From a virus: DNA of 64,000 nt. Positions 55,256-64,000 of this stretch are shown piece by piece; within the stretch, counting starts at the first letter, position 1; every line of letters starts with the position of its first letter. The translations under genes and the position numbers were made by a program. The stretch spans positions 1 to 64,000 of IMG/VR virus record IMGVR_UViG_3300008117_000088. One strand, written 5' to 3'. The notes under the pieces were generated by a model. The model saw nothing but the letters and a program-made list of their open reading frames with translations. It was not told the origin of the DNA and ran no database searches.

Positions 55256-56305
55256 TTATTCACTGTAGAAGACTAGGTTACGCTTTAGGCGCTCGTCTGT
55301 AGGGTTTAACTCAACCGCCTTTTCGCCGTACTCCTTTGCTTTGTCTGTAAGTCCTAAATGATGTGAGGCAATTGCCGCATAATCGTATGGTGCCGAACCC
55401 CATGCAAACTCTTCGCATAAGTACTCAAGTGGTTTTTCTGTAATACGAAGCGCCTCTTCCGCTACGTCAAGGCAGTCAAACCAACGGTTGTTTTCATAAT
55501 AAAGTTTGGCTAACTCTACGTAAGCCTCCCGTCTATCTGGTGCTTCTTCAACGGCTTTTTTAAACCAATCTTCAGCTCCCATAAAATCATCAGACATCTT
55601 TGCAATGTAACGCATAGATGCTGCTCTTTCAGGTTTCCACACTGCCCGTGGTAGAGATAAGTGACGCTTAAACTCTTCTGTTGCTTCTGCAAACTTTCCA
55701 TAAAAGAATAATTCTCTGGCGTAGTAAAACGCGTTCCTATCATCGTGTGGGTCTTCAATTACAGATTGAGCCAATAACGGGAAATACTGAGAGCGTGGTT
55801 TAGTGTCGTCTGGGTGATGATGGATCTCAAGTCCTACCCAATTTTCAATTTGTTGTATTCGATCAGTTACCAATACTTCGTGGACAGGATGCTTCCAACG
55901 ATAGCCGTGGCGTTTGTGGATCTTGTCTCCACCATACTGAAGACCAGGAGACCCGTCGGGGTTCCAGTTCCAGGTGTATTTGTAGCGTGGTCTGGTTGTT
56001 TGTGTTGGGACAGCCTCTAGGTGTTTACGCCATCCTTCAACTAATACCTCATCCATATCCAAAGCAATACAGTAGTCAATATCATTTGGAAGCGCTGCAA
56101 GGGATGCATTGCGTGCATCGTCAAACCGCCAAGGTTTTACAGAAATAGATATAACATTGATACCAAGTTCTTTGGCTAGTTCAACCGTATTGTCTGTAGA
56201 CCCGGTGTCCGCAATTAATAAGTAGTCAGCTTCTTTAGCGGACTCATACCACTTATGAACAAATTGTTGTTCATTAAGGGCGATTGTGTAAACCGCTATT
56301 TTCAT
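55256..56305 (-). CDS. GT2 glycosyltransferase with TPR repeats
   Basis: YTIALNE, DTGSTD, FDDARN, LDMDE, HPVHE, FYYARE. Confidence 0.9.
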   Translation of the reverse strand: MKIAVYTIALNEQQFVHKWYESAKEADYLLIADTGSTDNTVELAKELGINVISISVKPWRFDDARNASLAALPNDIDYCIALDMDEVLVEGWRKHLEAVPTQTTRPRYKYTWNWNPDGSPGLQYGGDKIHKRHGYRWKHPVHEVLVTDRIQQIENWVGLEIHHHPDDTKPRSQYFPLLAQSVIEDPHDDRNAFYYARELFFYGKFAEATEEFKRHLSLPRAVWKPERAASMRYIAKMSDDFMGAEDWFKKAVEEAPDRREAYVELAKLYYENNRWFDCLDVAEEALRITEKPLEYLCEEFAWGSAPYDYAAIASHHLGLTDKAKEYGEKAVELNPTDERLKRNLVFYSE

Positions 56306-56523
56306 TAGCTAAGGGCTGCTAGTTTTTCCTTATGAAAAGCCAAAGCGTTTTTTACGCCTTCAACAGCAACTCGGTACTTTTCTGCCGTTTCTTCTTGGTT
56401 TTGAGAAACAGAAAATAAGTAGTTAAGCTCTAAAGAATATCCGTCTTTAGAAAGTTTATTTATTCTTTCAATAAGAACGTCTTTCTTTGTTTCTACGTCT
56501 AAACCCCAGTCAATGTCTTCCAT
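56305..56523 (-). CDS. small hypothetical protein
   Basis: SD AAGGAG; ORF track. Confidence 0.65.
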   Translation of the reverse strand: MEDIDWGLDVETKKDVLIERINKLSKDGYSLELNYLFSVSQNQEETAEKYRVAVEGVKNALAFHKEKLAALS

Positions 56524-56531
56524 GATTCTCC

Positions 56532-56660
56532 TTATTCTTCGTTTGGTGCCACCATATCATATCCGATTACTTCTCCTGTATCGGCATTCTTGACTTCAAA
56601 TTTCTCAAAGCCTGAAGCATCTTTTCCAAGGCTTGTTTTAATTACATTAATAGATGTCAT
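56532..56660 (-). CDS. 42-aa hypothetical protein (possible fibre chaperone)
   Basis: Translated by hand; ATGA overlap with fibre gene stop. Confidence 0.55.
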   Translation of the reverse strand: MTSINVIKTSLGKDASGFEKFEVKNADTGEVIGYDMVAPNEE

Positions 56661-58381
56661 ATGAACCTCGCCCAATATCCGTTAGATGTGTTGTTAAGTG
56701 GTGTGGCTGAAGAGGGTAGATCTGACTGACTGTCTAAGTAGCCACGCATGACTGGTGATAGTGCGTTTAAAACCGCTGGTGGGTAACCAAAGGCAAGGTA
56801 GCCGGTACCAGGGGTTGTAGCAATAACAAGGATTGCAAAGCCGTAGCGTTGTCCAGCCTGGAACGTTACAGAAGAACTTAGATTTCTTGTGTAAACAGTG
56901 TTACGTGTTCCAAAAATAGTAATGTCGTTTGCTGTGCTTGCCAACAGTGTGGCTGTAGTCTCATCAAAAGAGTAAACACCCATCTTAATAAGGGTAGCGC
57001 CAGTAGTTGCTGTACCAGCAGATGCCACCGATACAGTTGATGCGGTATGGGTGTGAAGCGGGCTAAAGAAGCTCCAGTAAACAGTTCCGCTAGTAAACGA
57101 GGCAGAACGGTTGTCATAACGAGGGGCTACATCGATGTATGTATCAGACAACTCCATACGAGCCTGCACTCGATTAATAAGAGCTATCTCTCCAGAAGCA
57201 TTTGGCAACGTAAGTGTACGGTCTGCAGTTGGGTCTGTTACTTGAAGGGTAGTCTCAAACGCATCTGCGGTTGCTCCTTCAAAAACAATTGAAGATCCAA
57301 CAGTAAGACCACTAAAGGTTGGGGTTGTAATAGTTCCACCTAAAGAAACCGTGTCAGTTCCAATAGTTATAGAGGAGTTCGCTAACTTAACGTTAGTCAC
57401 ATTTCCATCAACTATTTTTGCTGTAGTAACAGTGTTGTCGGTTGGGGTACGGGTGTCGGAGAGTCGAGTATCTGTTCCATAAACAACTTCTGTTGCTGAA
57501 GCGTTTCCAGTAGCGGGAATGTCTTTTGTAGATGACGTTCCAAGACCAGTAACTTGAGTGTTTGCAATTGACAATAATGTTTGATCAATACCAATAACTG
57601 CAGCAATATTTGTTCCAGTATTTGTTATAGGACCTGTTACAGATACAACTCCTGTAGCCCCAGTAGGGCCAGTAGGACCGGTTACTGTTGAGTCAGCTCC
57701 CGTAGGACCGGTTGGACCAGTAGGTCCTGTGGGACCAGTAGGACCAGTTACATTAGAGTCTGCGCCTGTTGGACCGGTTGGTCCTGTGGGCCCTGTTGCT
57801 CCAACAATTTGACCAGCGCTGTACCAAGTTGTTCCATCCCAAACGTACACATCTCCATCTGCATCAACAATATACGCATCGTTAATGTCATTTCCTGTTG
57901 ACGGAAGATCAACAACGTTAGCAACACTACCTATTAAAGTAATAGGAACACCTTGAGGACCTTGTGGTCCAGTAGGTCCAGTAGGTCCGGTTGGTCCAGT
58001 TACTGTTGAATCTGCGCCGGTTGGTCCAGTTGAACCCGTAGGACCCGTTGGTCCAGTTGGACCAGTTGGTCCAGTTGGACCCGTTACACCTTGAGGAATT
58101 CCAAAATTATAAATTGCCGATGAAGCTGTTCCAGTATTAGTTACTGTTGCTGATGCTCCAGGACCTAATGTTGTTACTGCACCAATAGTGGCTGTAGAAC
58201 TTGGACCAGTAGGACCAGTTACACCTGAAGAGTATTGAAGACCAGACCACGGAGTTGTACCTGTGCCAACTTTAAATCTACCAGTATCAAATTCATAACC
58301 AACTTCACCTTGTGAAAGTGTTGGGTTATTAGTTGTCCAGTTAGCTGCGGTGTCACGTCTGAATTGAATCTTTACAGCCAT
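56657..58381 (-). CDS. collagen-like fibre protein with Mtd-type N-terminus
   Basis: IQFRRDTAANW..NP.L.QGE.G.E.DTGRFKVG; (GPT)n repeats. Confidence 0.85.
   Translation of the reverse strand: MAVKIQFRRDTAANWTTNNPTLSQGEVGYEFDTGRFKVGTGTTPWSGLQYSSGVTGPTGPSSTATIGAVTTLGPGASATVTNTGTASSAIYNFGIPQGVTGPTGPTGPTGPTGPTGSTGPTGADSTVTGPTGPTGPTGPQGPQGVPITLIGSVANVVDLPSTGNDINDAYIVDADGDVYVWDGTTWYSAGQIVGATGPTGPTGPTGADSNVTGPTGPTGPTGPTGPTGADSTVTGPTGPTGATGVVSVTGPITNTGTNIAAVIGIDQTLLSIANTQVTGLGTSSTKDIPATGNASATEVVYGTDTRLSDTRTPTDNTVTTAKIVDGNVTNVKLANSSITIGTDTVSLGGTITTPTFSGLTVGSSIVFEGATADAFETTLQVTDPTADRTLTLPNASGEIALINRVQARMELSDTYIDVAPRYDNRSASFTSGTVYWSFFSPLHTHTASTVSVASAGTATTGATLIKMGVYSFDETTATLLASTANDITIFGTRNTVYTRNLSSSVTFQAGQRYGFAILVIATTPGTGYLAFGYPPAVLNALSPVMRGYLDSQSDLPSSATPLNNTSNGYWARFI
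57655..58090 (-). repeat. GPT collagen coding repeats
   Basis: Tandem 9-bp GGNCCNACN units in two blocks. Confidence 0.85.
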
Positions 58382-58738
58382 TTACACTCCTAATGCATTT
58401 CCGCAGTCGATTGTGGGAGTACCACCATATATTGTAGAGGCTTGACCGCCATCTATATTCTGAAAAATAGGACCAGTTGGTCCTGTTGGTCCGGTGGGAC
58501 CTGTAGGACCAGTAACAGCGGGACCTGTAGGTCCCAAAGGTCCTGTTGGTCCGGTAGATCCAGTTGGTCCAGTTAAACCTAAAGGTCCAGTCGGACCAGT
58601 GGGACCTAAAGGTCCAGTTGGTCCAGTTGCTCCTTGAGAGTTACTGATACGCCAAACTGATCCATCCCAGTACCAAGTAACATCGCCAACCGTAAACAGT
58701 TCGTTTAGCGCAGGGCTATTAGGGAAGTCAATTGGCAT
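58382..58738 (-). CDS. short collagen-like fibre protein
   Basis: [15 protein letters not shown]; (GPT/GPL)n; IDGG. Confidence 0.8.
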   Translation of the reverse strand: MPIDFPNSPALNELFTVGDVTWYWDGSVWRISNSQGATGPTGPLGPTGPTGPLGLTGPTGSTGPTGPLGPTGPAVTGPTGPTGPTGPTGPIFQNIDGGQASTIYGGTPTIDCGNALGV

Positions 58739-58760
58739 AGGAAAAAGTGTATCTCTTTAC

Positions 58761-59447
58761 TTATTCAAAAGTCTTCTTAACCCACCAGTGCTTTCTATAT
58801 CCACCAGTTATGTACTTAGATATAGACCAAATCTGTTTATCAGCCCAGTCAGGATCGTACTCTGCTACTTCCGATTTCCATCCTTCTCTTTTTATAGGTA
58901 CCACCTGAATGATTGGAGTGCCTTCAGGGATAACTCCTTCAAAACCTTCTTTTAAAAAGAAGGGGATACCCCCACCGGCTGAAAATCCATCAGATTCTAC
59001 AAAACCATTGGTTGTAGTAAAGGGCAGATCAAATCTATTAAATGGGTGAGTAAATAAGCAGCTATACCCTTCCGGAACTTCTATTCCCCAAGTTGTGTTC
59101 CAAGCATATAGATCGTGATCGTGACCTGCTGGTCTAGGTAATTCAGTAGCCATGTCTTTTGGACGAACTTCTAACGGAGAAGATATTTGGTTTCTTGCAC
59201 CATTCCAAGCAAATCCAACCCTACCGTTTTTTCGTTCTATAAGAACATCCCCGGGCAAGGTAATGCAGTAGCCGGCAGTCATTGCTTCTAAAAATGGAAT
59301 ACAAAGTTTTATGTCTTTGTTTACTCCTCCACCTTCAAGAATTTCAGGCTTACCACTACGCCAACGTTTTGATTTTTTGTACCAATCTGGAACAAATGCT
59401 CGTGCAGGCTTAGGGGGAGAGTGCAGCTTAGCCACACTCTCTTCCAT
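58761..59447 (-). CDS. DUF6065-like beta-rich protein
   Basis: PDWYK, CIPFLEAM..GY, P.GYS.LF.HP.NR, GTPI.Q..P. Confidence 0.6.
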   Translation of the reverse strand: MEESVAKLHSPPKPARAFVPDWYKKSKRWRSGKPEILEGGGVNKDIKLCIPFLEAMTAGYCITLPGDVLIERKNGRVGFAWNGARNQISSPLEVRPKDMATELPRPAGHDHDLYAWNTTWGIEVPEGYSCLFTHPFNRFDLPFTTTNGFVESDGFSAGGGIPFFLKEGFEGVIPEGTPIIQVVPIKREGWKSEVAEYDPDWADKQIWSISKYITGGYRKHWWVKKTFE

Positions 59448-59467
59448 AGCTCTAAAAGTTATCTTTT

Positions 59468-60418
59468 TCAGAGGATTCCTCCGTAATATAAAGTAATTCC
59501 CATTAAAATTATCGGAATTACTAAAGCAAAGATGGCTTTGTAGTAGTCCTTAAGAGGAGTTCTAAAGTAACTTTTACCAACTACTAAACATTTATGGGCT
59601 GGGGACAGCATGTAGCCAGCGTAGTCAAAAGCAAAGAATAGTGGCAAAGTTTCAACGCCAAATACCCCTACAGAAAGTACAACAAAACCAGCAAACTTAC
59701 TACTGCTTCCTAGAGCAAAACTGGCTAGAAAACCGGTAGCAGCAACTAAAAATAGTAGATTGTGTTGATGAGCGTCTTCTAACCACGCATTAATAGTTTC
59801 TATATTTGCTTTAATAATGTTGCTAAGAACAATAACAATTGCCGTAAATACCAAAACTCTAGCGTAATCTATTAGCTGTTTACGATCTCGTTTCCAGTCG
59901 GCTTCAATTTGCCAAGGCTCTTTGTCTTTCTTTTTTAAAGGTTTTTCTGGAATTGATATCTCAATATCGTCTTCTTTTAAAACCTTAAATATGTAGAACA
60001 AAATAACAATTCCCGCAGTAGCTAATAGCGGCCATGTTTTACCTAGAAGCTCCCAATAACTAAGGCTGAGAGCTGCCATAGGTAGTAAAACAGTTGCCTC
60101 TAGCGGAGACCAAAAATAAAAGTGATGCGTAGATAGATAATCAATAATTCCGTAGTTCTTACGTTTTTTATAATCATCTGGGGCAATAGTGTCTAGAGCA
60201 CCTGCCGATACAGCGACGCGACCTGAAATCGGTAGTACGCCCGAGAACAGAGAGATAAGAGCAACAACTGCTCTTTTTGATTTTATAGTTGTGGCAATCC
60301 AAGCATAGAAGGGCATAAATATTTGGCTCTTCTTTGCCGCAAAGGACAAAGCCATAACTGAAGCAAGAAGTAGAAGGTATTGCTGATTATCCAGCAACAA
60401 CGAGGATGTAAACTCCAT
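59468..60418 (-). CDS. multi-pass membrane protein (ion-transporter/DUF401-like)
   Basis: Many hydrophobic segments; GVLPI.GR..VSA; GYMLSP.HKC. Confidence 0.7.
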   Translation of the reverse strand: MEFTSSLLLDNQQYLLLLASVMALSFAAKKSQIFMPFYAWIATTIKSKRAVVALISLFSGVLPISGRVAVSAGALDTIAPDDYKKRKNYGIIDYLSTHHFYFWSPLEATVLLPMAALSLSYWELLGKTWPLLATAGIVILFYIFKVLKEDDIEISIPEKPLKKKDKEPWQIEADWKRDRKQLIDYARVLVFTAIVIVLSNIIKANIETINAWLEDAHQHNLLFLVAATGFLASFALGSSSKFAGFVVLSVGVFGVETLPLFFAFDYAGYMLSPAHKCLVVGKSYFRTPLKDYYKAIFALVIPIILMGITLYYGGIL

Positions 60419-62030
60419 TCCACCATAACCTTTCGTTCTCGATACTGTTAAGTATCTTTTTAGAGTATACGGGTGTAAGACCCGCGGCTTTTACCGCGTC
60501 GTCTGCAGCCCGTACCGTATCTGTCCAATTCGCGTCATCGAACACCAGGATGGCCTGCTTGGCGAAGCAGTCCCTATAACGGGTCACGGTCTTATATATA
60601 TGCTCGTACTCGTGAGGTCCATCATAGAAAAATAAATCTACATCTTTGATAGTAGACACATCAACTTCGTGCACATCTTCATTAATAATGTGCACCTTGT
60701 TGTTGCCGATATAAGGGGCTATATTCTTTTCAAATTCATTTTGATCATTTGGAGGCAGCTCGCCGTGTCGCTCTTCTACAGGCTGAAGGTCCTCTTCCCA
60801 CATATCAATGAAATAGGCTTCGAGGTTATTGCCCGCTAAAGCAGCCGCACCGGTTGCGCCTAGATACGCTCCAACCTCAAGGTAAACCTTAGATTGTGAG
60901 GCTAAACCGTTTAAGAGCTGCTGAACTCTACGGCTAGTCAAACCAGGAATGTCGATGTCCAGTTTTCTATTGACAGAGTCAACCAGCTCTCGGGTTACCA
61001 CTAGGGTCCTGGGTTGGCGCTTATCTCCGTACTTAGCTGCAACAATCTTGTCGCAGTATCCGCAGTCCCAGCAGTCAAATTTGCAAGTGCGAATTTTTTT
61101 ACGCCAGATGTCTATAGGTTTATCTACCAAGTTAGTCTCTTCAATAAAATCTTTAAAATGGTCAAAAAGTATTTCTTTACCGGCTGCATAGTTTTTGATA
61201 ATTTGCATAGTCTCTCTGAGACGAGACTTGGACTCTCTTCCATGCATCTTTATAACGTCTATGCCTAGATCGGTAAAAAAGTACTCCCAATCTTCACGCC
61301 ATGGTGGGAAATTAGCTGTTTTTAAAGGCACTGCTTGATCTTCGTATGTCCACTTCATACATGAAACGTGGCTAACAGGGTCGTGAAAATATTGTGGACC
61401 GTCTGTACGAGTGTTGTTAAATTGATAGTGCTCATCCATCATAGGGCATCCACCAAGACACCCCTCGTTGGCTAAAAGAGATAATTTAACTCCGTACTGT
61501 TCTTTAGCCTTTTTAAATCTCAGTAACTTTTCGTGATCTCTCATTAGATCTCGATCTAAGTTTATATAGTTAAACCCAGCCTTGGCTAAATGAGATATTT
61601 CTCTGGGTTCATTTACGTTTCTTAAAATAGTATTTTTAATAAAAATGCCGGGGAAAGCGTCTTGAATTTGACCCGTAGCTACCCAATGGGTGTGCGGAAT
61701 AGTTACCGATTGTATGCCGGCATCATACAAAGGTTTAAAGTTTTGAATAAATAGATCTAAATTTTCTTGAGATGGGCGAACGTAAATATTGTTAAACACA
61801 GCAGATGCTGTAACCCCAGTAACTTCTTGTATATATAGGGCAAGTTGATTTAGGTAATCCCAGTCTTCTTCACGACCGTTAAATACGTCCCCCATAGCGT
61901 CTTGAGTAAAAGGAGGAATGCGACAGGTAAAATAAAAATCATAAATATAAGGCTTATAGTCAATTAAAAAATTTATAAATTGTTCTGTCTCTGCTTCAGC
62001 CAATTTAGGGTTTAACGGAACGGTAAACAA
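60387..62030 (-). CDS. U32-family Fe-S protein fused to class I SAM methyltransferase
   Basis: LDRDL.RD, LLANEGC.GGCP, IK.HGRE, C..DCWDC.YC; C-terminal LEVGAYLG, FYDGPH, VFDD. Confidence 0.75.
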   Translation of the reverse strand: MFTVPLNPKLAEAETEQFINFLIDYKPYIYDFYFTCRIPPFTQDAMGDVFNGREEDWDYLNQLALYIQEVTGVTASAVFNNIYVRPSQENLDLFIQNFKPLYDAGIQSVTIPHTHWVATGQIQDAFPGIFIKNTILRNVNEPREISHLAKAGFNYINLDRDLMRDHEKLLRFKKAKEQYGVKLSLLANEGCLGGCPMMDEHYQFNNTRTDGPQYFHDPVSHVSCMKWTYEDQAVPLKTANFPPWREDWEYFFTDLGIDVIKMHGRESKSRLRETMQIIKNYAAGKEILFDHFKDFIEETNLVDKPIDIWRKKIRTCKFDCWDCGYCDKIVAAKYGDKRQPRTLVVTRELVDSVNRKLDIDIPGLTSRRVQQLLNGLASQSKVYLEVGAYLGATGAAALAGNNLEAYFIDMWEEDLQPVEERHGELPPNDQNEFEKNIAPYIGNNKVHIINEDVHEVDVSTIKDVDLFFYDGPHEYEHIYKTVTRYRDCFAKQAILVFDDANWTDTVRAADDAVKAAGLTPVYSKKILNSIENERLWWNGVYILVVAG

Positions 62031-62032
62031 GT

Positions 62033-62440
62033 TTAATCCTTATAGTAGTCGTTATACGGGACATAGCAGTCTATCTTATTTCTTAAAGAAAGAGCTTTTT
62101 CTCTATCTTCAGAAGTAAGGGTGTACTTGTACTTTATCACCTCCGGATCAACTTCCCCTGTAGATTTGTTTACTACTTGTGGCACTTTTTCTAAATAGCG
62201 GTCTTTTAATTGCTCGTAAACTTCGGTATTTGGGCGCACAGTTATTTGAGAAACGTTTTCTGGGACCTCTACAAATCTCCAAGCAAATGCTTCTTCTTTA
62301 GTCAGTTCAACCCTAGAGCATCTAGCAGGATCCACATCAGACTCTACTATGACCGCTAAATATGACCTACCAATTTCTTTAAATTTAAACAGATCTTTAT
62401 ATTTTAAATAATCGTCTAGAAATATAGCAAAGTACTTCAT
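62033..62440 (-). CDS. hypothetical protein
   Basis: ORF track; ATGA overlap. Confidence 0.65.
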   Translation of the reverse strand: MKYFAIFLDDYLKYKDLFKFKEIGRSYLAVIVESDVDPARCSRVELTKEEAFAWRFVEVPENVSQITVRPNTEVYEQLKDRYLEKVPQVVNKSTGEVDPEVIKYKYTLTSEDREKALSLRNKIDCYVPYNDYYKD

Positions 62441-63219
62441 TCAATTTCCTTTACCGCTTCCTTACGTATTTTGTAAAGGTCTAAAACAGGTAAATCATTT
62501 TTAAGAGAAGGTAAAATTGCCTGTTCAATTCTTCCCATTTCAATTTTCATTTGATTACCGTAACTAATTGCAAGTTGTAAAGTTTCCTTAGCCGCGTTGT
62601 TATCCATCTGCAGTATGGCGTCCATATTACCTATTCCAATTTGACCATAAGCCATCAAATCTAAAGAGGCCTGTCTTGCTAGTCTTACTATCCAATGATC
62701 CCTCTCTAGTTGAGAGTTTAAATACGGGTCTCTAATTGCGTCTAGTAAATCGGTACCATCTTCTAGATACGCAGATCCATCATCATACATTTCTTGAATC
62801 ATTCTGAGGTATTGATCACGTTCGTATATTGTTTGACTCATACGACGCATGATTATAAGTCGTTCACGATCTAAATCTTTTATACGAGTTTTACATAATT
62901 TTTTAAACGCTACGGAGTCTGACTCATTTGCTCGTTCTTGCTCATAGTCTATTTCAGCTAATTTTTCTTCTAACTTTAGGACATGAACTTCTAAAGCCTC
63001 TTCACGAGAACGGAGTTCTAAAAGAAATTGTTTAAACTTTTGATATGGCGTAATCTGAGCATCGCCAACAAAATGCCTAGTTTTAAAATCAGATTGACTG
63101 TGCTCATAATTTGTCGCAACTTCAAGCCACTTCTGTTGCGTGTCTGTTAAATGTTCTTTATTAGTCCCAATAGGACCAGGCAAAAGTTCTTGTTTTCTTT
63201 GCTCCATAGTAATCTCCAA
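62437..63219 (-). CDS. coiled-coil hypothetical protein
   Basis: FV...QITPY..Q..LE; W..RLA.QA..D...G.IG.GN. Confidence 0.7.
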   Translation of the reverse strand: MEITMEQRKQELLPGPIGTNKEHLTDTQQKWLEVATNYEHSQSDFKTRHFVGDAQITPYQKFKQFLLELRSREEALEVHVLKLEEKLAEIDYEQERANESDSVAFKKLCKTRIKDLDRERLIIMRRMSQTIYERDQYLRMIQEMYDDGSAYLEDGTDLLDAIRDPYLNSQLERDHWIVRLARQASLDLMAYGQIGIGNMDAILQMDNNAAKETLQLAISYGNQMKIEMGRIEQAILPSLKNDLPVLDLYKIRKEAVKEIE

Positions 63220-63231
63220 TTATAGTATAAG

Positions 63232-64000
63232 TTAGTCACGCCAAGCACATGCGCCGGAAGAGCGCCCGCTAATACCCGATCCTCTCGGTTGCATTGTAGA
63301 ACTGCCTTCAAATCCTGAATCTGTGGAATAGTTCCATCTCCAAGCACGGTTATTTTGAGCTCCGTCAAACATACCTAGCATGTAGGCATGTGCCTGACCC
63401 ATGTCTAGATTTTCTTCCCCAGAGTTAGCAATAGGTTTGCTGTGGTTAGAAACAACACTATCCGTAGCATAGTTCCATTTACGAAACGCGTTTCCTCCGT
63501 TATACGATCCCTCGTTGCCGGCCCAACCAAAACCAATTTTAGAACTATGTCCTTTTTGTTGGTGATGGTTTGCCGCAGAAGCCACGCCAGATTGAGCTTC
63601 GGTAGCATAAGTAAACTTTGTTGTTGTCCCTGAACCATTCCAAACATAGCCGTAGTTTTCACCATAGTGGTGTCCAGCGTTAGAATCGTTTAGCGCAGAG
63701 GACCCAATAGTTCCTGCAAAACCCTCAGTAGCAAGGTTAAACTTTGAAATTGTAGTGCTATTGCCAAATACATACGCCATCATTCCAAAACCGGTAACTG
63801 GATCTGAGGACTGCATACCTTCAGAGTCGTCATAGGTTTGGGGCATAGAGAAATCTCCAGTGTTTACGTTAGTTCTCATGTTGTATGAGGAAGCGGTTGA
63901 ATAGCCTCCCATACCGCCAGTGTTCCAAACAAAGTGACGGTTTGCGTTGTGACTTGACCCAATATACCCTCCAGCAGATGAAATCAAGTTACCCTGATCT
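63232..64000 (-). CDS. beta-propeller-like virion/fibre protein (5' end probably outside window)
   Basis: Repeated KF/W-N-Y-ATE/D blades, G/S/N-rich. Confidence 0.65.
   Translation of the reverse strand, partial: DQGNLISSAGGYIGSSHNANRHFVWNTGGMGGYSTASSYNMRTNVNTGDFSMPQTYDDSEGMQSSDPVTGFGMMAYVFGNSTTISKFNLATEGFAGTIGSSALNDSNAGHHYGENYGYVWNGSGTTTKFTYATEAQSGVASAANHHQQKGHSSKIGFGWAGNEGSYNGGNAFRKWNYATDSVVSNHSKPIANSGEENLDMGQAHAYMLGMFDGAQNNRAWRWNYSTDSGFEGSSTMQPRGSGISGRSSGACAWRD

Noticed and set aside
56657-58381. Diversity-generating retroelement target (Mtd-like N-terminus)
   Set aside because: No reverse transcriptase and no TR/VR pair seen in the window.
1-64000. tRNA/rRNA genes, introns, inteins
   Set aside because: None recognised by eye; RNR, PolA, RecA and DnaB have normal lengths. 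A tRNAscan/Rfam run would be needed to exclude RNA genes.

Overview
This is a 64-kb segment of a contractile-tailed (myovirus-type) phage. Two WhiB genes, an FmdB-type zinc ribbon, TANNNT promoters 6-7 nt before ATG (leaderless) and CRP/GlxR-type boxes point to an actinobacterial host; a low-GC freshwater lineage is an inference. The minus strand, read from 64000 down to 11521, carries fibre and modification genes, neck/tail/baseplate genes, a full replisome, recombination genes, small basic proteins and class II RNR. A short minus-strand block also lies at 111-1825. A plus-strand early island (about 1890-11463) is the most unusual part. Its small operons are separated by 7-8 copies of one module: terminator hairpin, TGTTTGTGTTG box, CCC-N-CCC-N-CCC tract, TGTGA-N6-TCACA box, AAA(C/G)CTA, -35/17 bp/-10, 5'-UTR hairpin, GAAGGGG SD. 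The first cassettes almost lack 4-bp palindromes, while a later cassette gene holds 20 AGCT sites in 453 bp. Transcript 3' ends show anti-SD loops. The island ends with a cytosine MTase split into three ORFs, one of them overprinted. Other notable features: a degenerate TGT-like/HAD/nucleotidyltransferase cluster, a SpoVS homologue, a gp5-C1q-gp25 fusion, a candidate +1 frameshift in the tail chaperone, HypB-like MCATCGCG micro-proteins, and a U32-methyltransferase fusion next to collagen fibres. All product calls come from reading motifs by eye; no searches were run.
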